Source: Lepidodermella squamata (lineage: Eukaryota; Animalia; Gastrotricha). Taken from it: 64,000 nucleotides of DNA. Numbering within the stretch: position 1 is the stretch's first letter; each line of letters starts with the position of its first letter. Of the stretch, positions 1 through 11,676 are shown piece after piece. The stretch is from positions 806,001 to 870,000 of the forward strand of contig JBLDXI010000010.1 in the NCBI GenBank assembly GCA_047495785.1, read 5' to 3'. The notes beneath the pieces were generated by a model, which worked only from the letters and a program-made list of their open reading frames with translations, did no database searches and was not told where the DNA came from. The translations under genes were made by a program, and so were the position numbers.

Positions 1-2169
1 AGACGATCGCGGTTCGATTTTATTCTGCTCGGCTACATTTTTGCCCAGCCCCGGGACAGGATATGCGGCTACTGCGCATGATTGTTTGAATTTTGATCAG
101 ATCTGAACTAAAATAAAAATGAAGAAAAATAAAGCGAGAATAAATATTCCGAGACCGGACCAGGAGAATTTCTGAAAAATTAAAATTAAAATATGGGTGA
201 TTTTTTAATGTATGGTAAGTGGGCCATTTCGAAGATTAGGGAAGGTAAAATTGAATCCAAATGATCTGAAATCAAAGCTGGAAAACTGGACTTTGCAGAA
301 AAGGAATTCAAACCGAACTTGCCGAAAAATTTAATTTCAATTTTTTCAAAATTTTGTGAGAATTCGGCTCTGTAGGAACCCAGATCCAAACTTCGCTGAA
401 CATTTGAAACCTCTCGAAAGGTTCAGAGCTAGGAAGACATCGTTAGTTGCCTGGAATGAGACCTTTTCCAATCGAAATGACCTTATTTATGGTCATCAAT
501 ATTGCCCGCCCTGACCTGAAATTTATTTTGGCGTGCATTTTTTTCAAACCATCACTAACCCTGCTTTCAAGATTAATGTTCGTTGCAATATTCTGCTGAG
601 TCGATTTGTCTCAAAATTAGGACGTTGTAGATTCGGACGGATCGAATAGCAGCTGTACAACAGGTACTTGCGACACTATTATCGGAAGTTGGCGTGAGGC
701 CTAGCCGGAAAAAGAACGCTGAGCCTGTAACTGAGACGTTAATGATGCGGAAAATAACAAGTGCGTATAAGTATAATGTGATATTATCACATTGAAGAGG
801 ATGATCCGGATGTAGGATAAAAGGGGATGCCACCTTTATTGTCATACGCATATGCAACACTGTAACGGATACTGTCATGCGGAAGTAGGAGGAGGAGCAA
901 AAGGCTCTGAAGCTGTTAAAAGACAGCTTTCATGAAAAACAAGGCTGCAAGGTACAGGGAACAGCTATCCTACTCGAACTAAAACTTCGGGTAGTAGTAG
1001 TAGTACCTTTCCTGATAGCAAATAGCAAGTTACCCAGCACCAGCAGCATCTTCGATCGGAAAATCCTCGGCAGCTCGCCAAAAGGGTTCCTGTAAAAATT
1101 TGAGGACTAAAAAATTAAGAGGTAAATGTTACACTTGCGAGATCGAATATTCAATCAAATGTTTTTTCAAGCATTTTCCCCCGTGCCTCATCGCCTCATC
1201 GATAGCTCACTTGCTTTCGTTGAATTGTCAGGTTGAGAAATTTCGTGGATCCTGAGAGTACCTACCTGAATTAGGTAGTTGAACTTTGGTTCCGCTTCAG
1301 AGAATTTATATTCATTTTTAACTCAATTTTTTTTTATTATTTTAAATAATTTAATATCACTTTTCCATTCGTTTTTGATTTTATTCGAATTAGGAATTGT
1401 CACATTTCTGATTTTTCAAACTGAGATGCTTCAGCGAGTATGGAAAGAAGTTTTCGCCGTTTCACATGGAAAAAGGAAGCGAATGAAAAAAAAACAGGTG
1501 TGAAACCTGAAGCCGCATGAAATGCTTAAAACGGAGTTCAAGGTCCGAAGAGGGGCAGTTCAGGAAGCCGAGAAGATAGCGAGGTGGATACGCCTTATTA
1601 TATATATCTTTCAAAAACGCAGCGATTTCCTCGAAAATTGCGAAATTCGAGGAGCGGATTCTAAAATTTTTTTAGCTCTAAAAACAAGTTCATAAAAAAG
1701 CACCTGAAGTTGTTCCTAATTTCAAACGAAAAAAGAACGAATATAATTCAGTTTTAACGAGGGCAAATGATAGGAATTTTTCAAATATTAAAAAAAAATC
1801 AGGAATGACGAAATCCGAGGTTTCCAAGTGAACGCTGTAAATTTTACGTTTCAAGATCTAAATTGAAGACCCGAAGGTTAAATTTCGCTTAAATCCTAAA
1901 ATTTAATTGGATATTCGGGTTCAAAGTCTTTCTTCGAATTTCAATTTTTTTATTACGATGCCAAAATATTAGGAAAATTTAGCACTGGAACCTCAATTTG
2001 ATCAGTCTAATTTGGACCTAAAGAATTTCAAACAATTTCAATTTTGAATTAAATTTTTTTATCATTTTATTTGCACTTCATTCAAAGGCCGTTCATGGTG
2101 CTTCATTCTACTTCCCAGCTACCAAAAACGAAGATGGCTATCATACTGCCGATCTGCATGCTAACCATC

Positions 2170-3310
2170 TTAAAATTGGCGCTTGGAACCAGCCAGCTTT
2201 CGCAGCATTTTATCCGCAACTTCATTCACCGCCGCTTTGAACTCGCGATTCATGCGAATTATTTCAATCCTTTTAACGTTATCATCGAATCCGCGACTCT
2301 TATTACCACCAACCTCAGCATCGCCCAACCGCTTCGAGACAAGTTCAACTGCGGTTTTATCAGCTCTACGATTCGGAACCAGCTTCGAATCATTGCCTGC
2401 GCGACGGCGATTTATGGCCTCGATAGCCGCCAAATTGCGGCGGAAAATTGTCTGCCGTTTTAGGTCTTCGGCGGGCGAATCGTACTTCTTGCCGTACTTC
2501 AACTTCCAAGCCTCCCAATCTTTGTCTAAGGTTTGAACTTCCAAGCCATTTTTCCTCACATTTTCATCGAGTTTCAGCTTCAAAATATCATTTTGCTGGA
2601 GACGTCCTGGCCGTTTCTGGATTATTTGACCATCTTTTCCGTCAGCAACCTTTTCGCGTAGGTTCCTCAGCTTTTCAGCCAATTTTTCAGCCAAAGCTCG
2701 TAATTTTCGGCGGAATTCTTCAATTCGAACCTTTTCATCAGTATTAACTTCCGTATTAGGCCGTCGTGTTGAGAAGGCGTTAGGCTTTTGAGCTTCCAAG
2801 GCATCGAGAGCTCGCCGGAACGTAGCGTCCATGCGCCTGCTGTGGCTGTGCAGAGCGCCGACGAGTTGCCGAACAGCTTCGATGCGGCGCCTTTCCACGG
2901 ACACGCCCTCATTCACAATGAGTCCTTCGGTCTTAACAGCCGGGGTCGTTTCTGAAAAAATTTCAAACCATAATTACTGAAAAATTTTAAAATTTAAAAA
3001 ATTTCAATTTCAATTTAAAATTTTCCCCTTTTTCAAATTTGAGTAATAGGATTATTACTAATTCCTATCAAAGGTCAAACCGGCTGATTTTTTGGCCCTC
3101 AATTTGGAAAAAAATCCTGACTAAAATTTAATTAAAAATTTAATAAATTTAATAAAAAAATAATTCCTAAAAGGGACTGATTCTTTATAATATTATTTCC
3201 AAAATTCCGAAATTCCAAATAATTTTTTATTGAATTTTTCAAAGCAACTTACCATGGCCAGCCAATGCTCCCACGACCACAGAAGAAAAAACGATGATGA
3301 GAAATTTCAT
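2170..3310 (-). CDS. Secreted protein with a stand-alone cathepsin propeptide inhibitor (I29) domain; 2 exons (3310-3253, 2951-2170)
   Basis: Exon 1 encodes signal peptide MKFLIIVFSSVVVGALAG with a GTAAGT donor. A TTTTCAG acceptor joins in frame to ORF 2170..2916. The ORF contains WEAWKLKYGKKY and a perfect ERFNIN spacing (EDLKRQTIFRRNLAAIEAIN). No C1A protease domain follows. Confidence 0.75.
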
Positions 3311-3695
3311 TTTGTTTGGTGAATGAAGTGAAATGTTACCTCAATTGATACAATTTATTGGGATTTGTAGCTTCTTCATTTAACATTCTGATAAGGTTGC
3401 AATAGGAACTGTCTAGACGCATGCACATCATGTATGCAGAGCCGTGACCTACCCATTCCTAATCTCAGTTCGTTTTGTGGAGTGCGGAGAATATTTTTAC
3501 ACTTTCAGCCTTCAGCCTCTCAGACCGGTCGAAGATAGGAGATTCTTTATAATTTGGTCAAAGCTGAAACTAACAATTTATAGCCTTTAAAGGGTTCCTT
3601 AAATGACCGAAATAGAAGTGATTCTTAGATTCTAGGACAAAGCTAAGAATTACGGAAAAGCCAGCTTAAATTGGCTTTAATTTTATTGTTAAGAA

Positions 3696-6295
3696 TTATT
3701 GAATTTGAATTATTGAAAGAAATTGCACCAACATCCAGCTAATAAGAGCCCAAGAGATTGTGTTTGCAGGCCAATTCGAAAGAGCGAAACTGTTTTCAGG
3801 TTTAACAATCTCGTTCTCCGGGTCCTCTACATCGCCTGATCCGGATCCATATCGACCCCTCTCGTGGCCAGATCCACTGCCAGACGTGCCATTGACCTCA
3901 TCTTCCTTTACAACAGGTATCGAAGTCGATTTCTTCTTGGTACCAGCCTTCCCGTTATCTTTTGACCCATCCTTAGCTTTGTCCGATGCCTCAGGGATTC
4001 CGGTGGTTTGGGGACCTTCGCTAGGCGGGGAAGGATAAGGCCCAATGTCGTCTTTGATTCCTCTCATCCTACAAACCTCCTCCAATAGTTTGATCTCACT
4101 TGAATTCAGCGGTTTGTTATCTATCAGCAAACAAGCTATTCGTTCCTTTATCGATTCAGCATTACGAAGCAAAAACATCGATGGCATAAGATTGCCAGAA
4201 TGCAGCAAATCAATATCAGCCCGTTCTTGAGCCAGCTCTCCGGTTTGAGTGTACAGCTTCAGTGTCTTATTCTGCGAATCCCAAGTAACAGCACCAAACA
4301 TCCAGTTATCGATTGGGCAAACGATTTTGGTCGTATTAAAGGCTTTATCATCACTTGCAGCGATTCCGAGCTTATTTTCAAAGCAGATAACTTCAATGCC
4401 TCGCCCCTTTTCCAGGAATATTTCAGCGAATGGATGTCGCTTTTTCCTCTCATTATGCGGCATGTAGTACATACTGAACGTCAAACCTCGAGCTCCTCCA
4501 GCTGATTCTTCCAAGAAGAACCCATCCCACTCAACGAATCGGTTACTTAAATGATCGTACTTGATATAGTCCAGGTACTCTACAGCAGTATCAGCCTCGC
4601 CGAACGGCCCAGCTGCCCATTTTATAGCCTTCGAGAACTGCGGGCCAGATTCATATCGAATTTTCCGGTTCAAAATATTGACAAGACCGTTTTTCCTATC
4701 TAAAGGGGCGTAGTAGTAGACATTCTTCAAAAAATCATGGGAAACCCATTTGTTGCGATCATTGACCGGGCAATGAGAGTTGAGGAAGTCCGGAAAGGTC
4801 CTAGTATCAGCGCCAGGGCAATGGCAAACCATTTGCTGCATATCTCCTAGCAACATCGTATTGTTGAAGATTTCTAAACAAGATAGGCCAATCGCAGAAT
4901 CTGTTTCATTAGGCCCAATGAGTAAGGAATGGCCTAAGCTTGATGTCAGAGGAGGGGTTGTAGATTCCTTAAGCTTCCTCGAATCTTCCAGAAGATTCCG
5001 CTTATCATCCTGCCACCAAAGGATTACTCGAGAGTTGTTCTTGTCGAGTGAAACTCCGAAAAATGCCCACCGTCCTGGTCCGAGAGCTAGTTTGTAAGTT
5101 TCCACCTGTTTCAACCCCACATAATCGATGGTAATTGAAGAGCAATTCTCCATGAATTGAACCGATATCGATCGCTCTAATTCAAAGAGTTTTATAGGCC
5201 GATCTGATTTGATGTCAAGCCTAGGGCAATACACGTAGAATGTAAAGGCCCACTGTTCGGTTGCTATGGTAACAGCATCGTATTTCGCTAGCCACGATAC
5301 GCCTTTCACTGGAACGAAAAAGGCGTCTTTCTGTAAGTCGGTGAAGTTGTTGAAGGTTACGTCGTAGCTTGAGGGGGGCTTAAGCCGAACTAGGTCGATA
5401 TTTTGGCTGTCCTTGTTAAGGGGCAGGAATAACGCGGCAATGTCAACCCTTGGGCCGCGGTAAGGTGGTGATAAGAGACACCCCGGTCTCCAGCGATTTT
5501 TCATTAATCTATCTCGTAATCGACAGGGAAGTTGAGCGATTTCTGCTTGGCTTAATGCCGATGTGAAGATGGCAACGTTTGACAACATGTCCTTATTCAG
5601 AAATGAGCCTATTCCGATATAGGACTGCAGCGAAGTTACAGTTAATTCGCTGAGTGATGCCCGATGCTGAACTGCCGAGTAGCTGTGGTAGAAAATCGCT
5701 TCTTTAGCTGCTAAATCGATGGTAACAGCGTGAAAAGTCCAAGTATCAGTTGCCATTTTAACATCTAGCTTTCCGGTTATTGGGACTTTGGATTTCTTCA
5801 CCCGAATCGCCGGGCGAAGGTCTTTCGTAACTCCGATAAAGATTTTTTCAGGGTTTCCTACAGATACTGCGAAAGCCTGTTCGTTATTGCCTTTGAATAA
5901 AAAGTAGGCTATGGTGAAGGTTTTGAAAGCGCTGGTACAATTGTGCGCTTTAAAACGACTCGCATAGCTGATTTTTTTGAATGAAGTAAATTGCGAGGTT
6001 ATTCCGACGTGCCGCAACCCGAACGGCCCACCTTTGCCGTTCACTCGGCCAGCTCTGAATTTATAAAATTCGTTCATGGTTTTCTTCTGAGGGGTGTAAC
6101 GAAGGCGCTTACAGCTTTTGCATTGCAAGCCCTGATGAATGCTTAGCGTTACAACTTCACAAAAGCCAGGCGATGTCAATGGATCAGCCTGGGACAGTAC
6201 TGGAATAAGAAAGATACAAGCAGCTGCAGATCTATTAGCTTTTCTATAATATACTTACCACTTACAGCAAATATTATACAAATGAGGATGAACAT
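3696..6295 (-). CDS. Cell-surface protein with three LamG/ConA-like jelly-roll domains, Ser-Gly stalk and C-terminal hydrophobic (GPI-like) signal; 2 exons (6295-6259, 6199-3696)
   Basis: Signal-peptide exon MFILICIIFAVS splices in frame via a 59-nt GT-AG intron. Three repeats carry WTFHAVTID / WAFFGVSLD / WMFGAVTWD, each ending in an 'I-F/D-x-x-x-L-x-x-x-E/D-I/M' type segment. SGSGSG motifs in acidic context; hydrophobic C-terminus WALISWMLVQFLSIIQIQ. Confidence 0.7.
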
Positions 6296-6886
6296 AATTC
6301 TCAGATCGGAATCCAGAGGTTAGCGTTGGAGTACAGAAGGCGTTAAGGTGGGATTTTTCATTTTATTCTTCCATGTGCGATTATTTAATCTGACTGTAAC
6401 TGAGATCAGCTTTCAATTAAATGTTATCAATATTTGAACGTAAACAGCTTTATAAATTATTTACATCAGCATAATATATGATTTTAAAACATATTTTTCT
6501 GATCCGGGGATCAACTGCTTCTTGGCATTTACTTCTATTCCCGTCTAATTTCCCCTCTCCGTGGAACACTGAAGGATGTTTTAGATTAGTTGCAGGGTGC
6601 AGCTTAGAGGGCAAGACTTAGAGGGCTAGTTAATTAATTTAGACGTCCCCTCACAACAGACAGTCGAGCCCTCCCAACACGGCAGGGTATCAGAACTAAT
6701 ATTTAATGATAGGTATGTCTTGGATTAAGTTGAAGAACAATCAATTTTCATTCAATCGCTGGATAGCAAAGTCTAAAAGCGAGCATTACGTAGGCAGCTG
6801 GAAATCTGAACCTCCTCTAATTACCGTGTGTTTTGATAAGGACTCACCTTCAAGGTTGCATTCTCAAATATTGTGCGGGAAAGAAA

Positions 6887-9520
6887 ATGTTAATCCGCTT
6901 ATATCTCATCTTTGTAACGGTGGTCCAATGCAGTTCTCCCCAGAAACTAGTTTTCAGAAGCCCGATGCCAAGCTTGATAGCTGAATCAAACAGATCGATG
7001 GCTGAGAGACGAATTCCTTTAACCCTTACAACATCGATCAACTACAGCGGCGGAGTGACGGTAGCTCTTGGTCCACTTTGCACCGAATCAATGCGATACG
7101 CACTGGAGAAAATTCGGAAATCAAATCAACTGCTGAAAAACTATGATTTAAAGTTGACGCTGTTCGACGATCAGGTAAAGAGAGGACATCAATAGGATGA
7201 ATAGCGCTCATTTTGATCTGCCTTTTTTTAGTCGCTAACATACCGTGGTATCCAATATGTAACTAGCAAATTACGTGAGCAAGAAACTGACAGCAATGCC
7301 GCAGAGAACGTCATGCCGCTGGTATTGGGAAACAATGGAAAGCTCTACACTGGGCAATACTTGCAGTACTTCAACTTCTTCACGATCAACCACGGGCAAA
7401 CAGTTCACGTTTCTCGAATTTTGCATATCGACAGAGACTCACTTCCTTCCTCGATCCACTTGTTCATTCCCCACGAATACGTTTACCCGTCGGTGGCCGA
7501 ATTCATTTCAAAGATGAATTGGTTGAAGCTAGCGATTCTGTCTACCGATAACATCTACTGGAACAGGGTAATTAAATTCGAAAACAATTAGTAGTTGAAT
7601 GATAGTTAATATCATTTCAGTGGGATCTGGCATTGATCAAAGAAATGTTTGCGAGGAACATCACCATTCTTGGGAACGTTCGAATAACCATAGCACTTGG
7701 TGCTACTGTTCCAACCTCGAATGATATAGAAAATACTGTGCTTGAGTTGATAGCTTTCAGAGAAGCTAGGATTTTTGTGATCCATGTATCTGTTGCAGTT
7801 GAAACATCCTGTTTTCTATTCAAATATGGCCTGTACGGACCAGGGTACGTTTTCTTAATGCCTGCTATCGGAATATTCAACGTAGACTCCCCAATACCAT
7901 ACGCATGGTGCACGAGTGATATGATAGCAGCGGTTCTAGAGAGTGTCCTCTTTTTCGGGCAAATGCCTCTTAGCGAAATTCGAGGCCCAGAAAATGTAAG
8001 AGCATCGGATGGAACGAGTGGCGCCGAGCTGGATGCCTATCTGCGTAGTAGAATCGAATCCCCTGAAAATATTCCATCTTGGTGGCTACGCACTACTTGC
8101 TACGATATGATGCTATTCGCGGCTTACGTGCTCAACGATACTGAATCTAAACTTCTTCGGCAAAACCAAACTTTGGGTGACTGGGCAGGAGGTAGCGGAA
8201 ATTTCCGGAACAACGGGTCTTACCTATTCTCCCTGGTGAAGGAGAGCATTTTCACCGTCGAGATGCAGGGCTTCATTAGTAAGCTAAAGTTCGACCTGGC
8301 GACTGGCTTCAACTGGGCTGGCAACTACTATCTGGCAATAACTCAGCTTCAAAGAATCAAAGGTGATGGAACATCGCAGACAGATACTTCTAGGATGGTT
8401 CCGATATTTGGCGCCCTAATGAATGCGAGCGATGGATCTGTAAAATTCGGCCCTGGTAAACTCTTATGGAAAACATCTGATGGCCAGGCACCTCGCGATG
8501 GAATGCTGGTAGTTGAATCGAAGTGGGCTAATCCCGTCTTAACGTTTTCGCTTCTTGCCGGTGAGTCATGATAGCTTACATTTATTCATAATGAATGAAA
8601 CTTTTATTCAGCGATTTCGGCATTGGTAATGCTTTTAGTTCTACTTCTGTTGATTCTATCTTCAATGGGCAAGTTGAACTTTGCTGGCGGGTTCAATCAA
8701 TGGAGCTATCGGCTGCTTCTTGTTGGGGATGTGTTTTTGGCGTGTCACCCGTTGATAATGGGGATTGAAAATGATAGCACCATTCATGTTCGCTGCATGA
8801 CATCCTATTTCTTCATAAACATCGGAATTTCCATCATTTTAACGCAGCATGTGGCCAAGCTATGGTTTAACTACATATCGCTCAAATCACCCGTTCAAAA
8901 ACAAAAAAGGAAGTCTACAGTTACAGCCTCTCAAGTAATGTTAGCAAGAACTAGCGAGCCACAACACGCTCTGGAGGAGAAGATTCCCGCCAAAAAAGCA
9001 GGTGGTTTTATTGTTGCCTACGTACTGTTGAATGGCGTGATCTTTATTATTTGGTTTACGGTTGAACCCCTGATTACTTTAAAAAGCGTTCTTAGCTTCG
9101 AGCTATCAACGACTGACATCAGTTTAGCCTACAGTTTCTATGACTATGAATGCACCATGGGACATTTTCCTTTGGTGGGGGATTTCCAATTTCACAACTT
9201 GATGTTGCTGTTACTCGGAATTCCGAACGGTATTCTGATTTTGACAGCGTTAGCCCTGTCTTTAATGCTTGAACATGTAAGTTCTTTCTATTTTTTGTCA
9301 ATTAAAGTGTAACTTTATGGTTTCGAATCAGGCTGGAGTTGCTTTATTGCGCCAATCGACCAATGGAACGATACTAATAATAGTAGCATCATGCGCCATA
9401 GGGCTGATATTCTCAAATGATTGGAGAAGTCTTCAGAAATTGGTGTCTTCTTCATGCTTGGCCATCGCATGCTGCAATTTGCTGACTCAATTCGTATTTA
9501 TCACGAAATTCAACTGCTAA
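6887..9520 (+). CDS. Class C GPCR, GABA-B-receptor-like (copy 1, intact, ~805 aa); exons 6887-7174, 7232-7567, 7621-8560, 8612-9276, 9332-9520
   Basis: All junctions are GT-AG and in frame. Signal peptide; VFT motifs resembling GABA-B (ALEKI..NQLLKNYDLKL, GLYGPGYVF, CYDMM..AAYVLN, WKTSDGQAPRD). Seven hydrophobic helices with AKLW (TM3), WFTVEPL (TM4), ECL2 Cys and TM7 FVFITK. Confidence 0.85.
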
Positions 9521-9720
9521 GAATGTACATTCGTTTTTCCTCCTATTTCACCAAGCATGCTTGTAACTCCGCACATAGATCCGAACATAACTGCGTTTGC
9601 TAAGCCGAACCCTTTTTTTATTATATTATTCATATTCGACAGCTTAAAACCGCACCAACTTTCGCGGGAATACGTGCATATATTGTTTCGTAAAATCACA
9701 TTAGATACCAAATCCTTATA

Positions 9721-10469
9721 AAGCACGGATGATAATTTTTTTGCCTCGAATTATTTTAATAACTCCGTAACCATGAGGAATTTTTTGGAGCGGGTTTCAC
9801 CAGTCGATAGATCTAGTCTGTTGTAAACTTCCCTTGAATCCTCGTTAGATTGGTATGAAATTTGAGAAATTGGTGACGAAAATACTTCTTTTGATTTTTG
9901 GTGAAAAAATTCATTTTTGCAAACTGCTATTTTCCAGCTTTTAGCGTTTTTTTGCCATTTTCCTGTAGTAAAGCTAAATTGGTCCACATTCTTAGCAAGG
10001 AGTGATGTCAATACCGCCCCGTTAACCGAGGTTTTCACTTTGGACCAGACAGAAACGTTTCTCCTTAACGAAATGAGATCCGAGATGGTTTTTGAAATTT
10101 TTGTGGGATTGAACCAAATTTGCAAATCTGCAAGTTTTGGGTTGTGCAATTGTGGATTTTTGGGGAAATCGGCGACATAGATGAATGGCGGACCACCTCT
10201 CGACTACATCTGAACCCTCTGAGAGGCCGAAAGTTGCCGAAAGTCACATCGGATGCAAAATAGCATTTTTCAAAAAAGAGCTTTTTCACCAAAAATCAAA
10301 AGAAGTATTTTCGTCACCAATTTCTCAAATTTCATACCAATCTAACGAGGATTTCAGAGAAGTTTACAACAGACTAGATCTGTCGACTGGTGAAACCCGC
10401 TCCAAAAAATTCATCATGGTTACGGAGTTATTAAAATAATTCGAGGCAAAAAAATTATCATCCGTGCTT
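9721..10469. mobile_element. MITE/foldback element with ~200-bp terminal inverted repeats and TA target-site duplication (Tc1/mariner-type insertion)
   Basis: Ends AAGCACGGATGATAATTTT... and ...AAAATTATCATCCGTGCTT, flanked by TA on both sides. The paralogous empty site at ~27919-27934 reads CCTTA-TA-AATAGTCG. Confidence 0.9.
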
Positions 10470-11308
10470 TAAATTGTCGTTTCGCGTTAAAAAGGAGCCG
10501 CTGTGTGCATATTACCATGAAACGTTTATCACTACATTACTTTCTCAGTGAAAAAGTTTCAAGATGGAATTCTTCATATTATTCACTCTTGAAATATGAT
10601 TCAGATTGATTAGCATTCAGCTGTCATAGCAATTTCAGGTTTCTAAATTACTCTGTTATTTTGAATGCATTGCAAGTGTTTTACCTCCGCTTGCTCAACC
10701 GGCGCACAGAAGCTGGACGGAACTACGTCCTAGTTTATTTATTTATTCGAAAGCTCATACGCCCAAGAGAGGTCAGTTTGCCGTAAGCCGCGTATAATTA
10801 AACCCAACTATTGGAATTGAATCTTGTTCTCGTTCTCTTAACCTTGGGATCTATGCACTCAAATGAGATAGTAAGTAAATGAAATTACCAAACTGTTTAT
10901 TTCAGTTTTCTGTGGAATTGTGGCCTTGACGTTCTTGGTTCTGCTTCGTCCTCTTGCGGAAAAAATATGAAATTTATTTGAGCAAAATAAAGCCTCGGGT
11001 GTATTGCGCATTCCACAGCGCAAGTGAGGAATGCGCAAGTGGGGTAATTCAATGTGCAGGGTTGCTGGAAAATCACGTAACGACGCTGGCAGGCATAAGA
11101 GTTCGATCTGGGATTAACTCTCCTGACATTACCAGCGTTCAATGTACTATTACATATTTTGACTGCATTACAATAGTTTAAGGCAAGGTATAAGGTATAA
11201 AACTCCTTTTTATTCTTATTATTTGTTCGCGCTCGCAATTCATGACATTTCATCTCATCTTCGCATTTATTCTAACTTGCATCTCCGATGACAGCTAGCC
11301 GAAGTCGC

Positions 11309-11676
11309 TCAGATTCTAACTTTTTCCCAGTTGCGGTAAGGTCCTTTAATCGGGTCAGACAAAGGACAATACTTCAGCAGATAGCAGTGGAGCTTAGTTG
11401 GATTGTACTTTATGGCTTGGCAGCTTTTCATTTCGCGGCACCGTTGTCGGCACACGCCGTAACCGAATGAATTCTCAACTTTGATTAGATTTTTTACAAC
11501 TTTGATAAGATTTAACAGTCTTTACCAATGCGTCTGAATATGTAATCTGTTCAAAGATGAAAACAAATAATAAAGCTAGAGTAATTACTTGCCGAGGAAA
11601 GAGAAAGCTTACCGTTCTGGGCAATGGCAACAGCGACGAGCACGGTGAGGACGGCTAATATTTTAACGATAGACAT
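11309..11676 (-). pseudogene. Small secreted PAN/apple-domain protein; needs one-base correction in an A6 run (pseudogene or homopolymer error); exons 11676-11613, 11533-11309
   Basis: Signal peptide MSIVKILAVLTVLVAVAIA with a GTAAG donor. The downstream frame reads CRQRCREMKSCQAIKYNPTKLHCYLL (PAN Cys pattern). The two frames join only if the T6 run at 11490-11495 is T5. Confidence 0.6.

Noticed and set aside
573-1135. Possible small minus-strand gene or ORF 573..878
   Set aside because: A plausible acceptor lies at ~1090, but no consistent frame, start or recognisable domain could be established.
8623-9312. Interpreting the receptors as truncated 5-TM proteins or separate VFT and TM genes
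   Set aside because: In-frame GT-AG splicing joins all five exons, and exon 5 supplies TM6-7 in every intact copy.
6887-9520. Assigning gene symbol GABBR1 or GABBR2
   Set aside because: Too divergent, multicopy and lacking the C-terminal coiled coil; orthology is not supportable without a phylogeny.
9751-10439. ORFs 9751..10149(-) and 10185..10439(+) with the same C-terminal peptide
   Set aside because: Artefact of the long TIRs of the MITE; no transposase motifs.
10897-11253. Cys-containing 118-aa ORF
   Set aside because: No signal peptide, recognisable Cys pattern or supported splice model.
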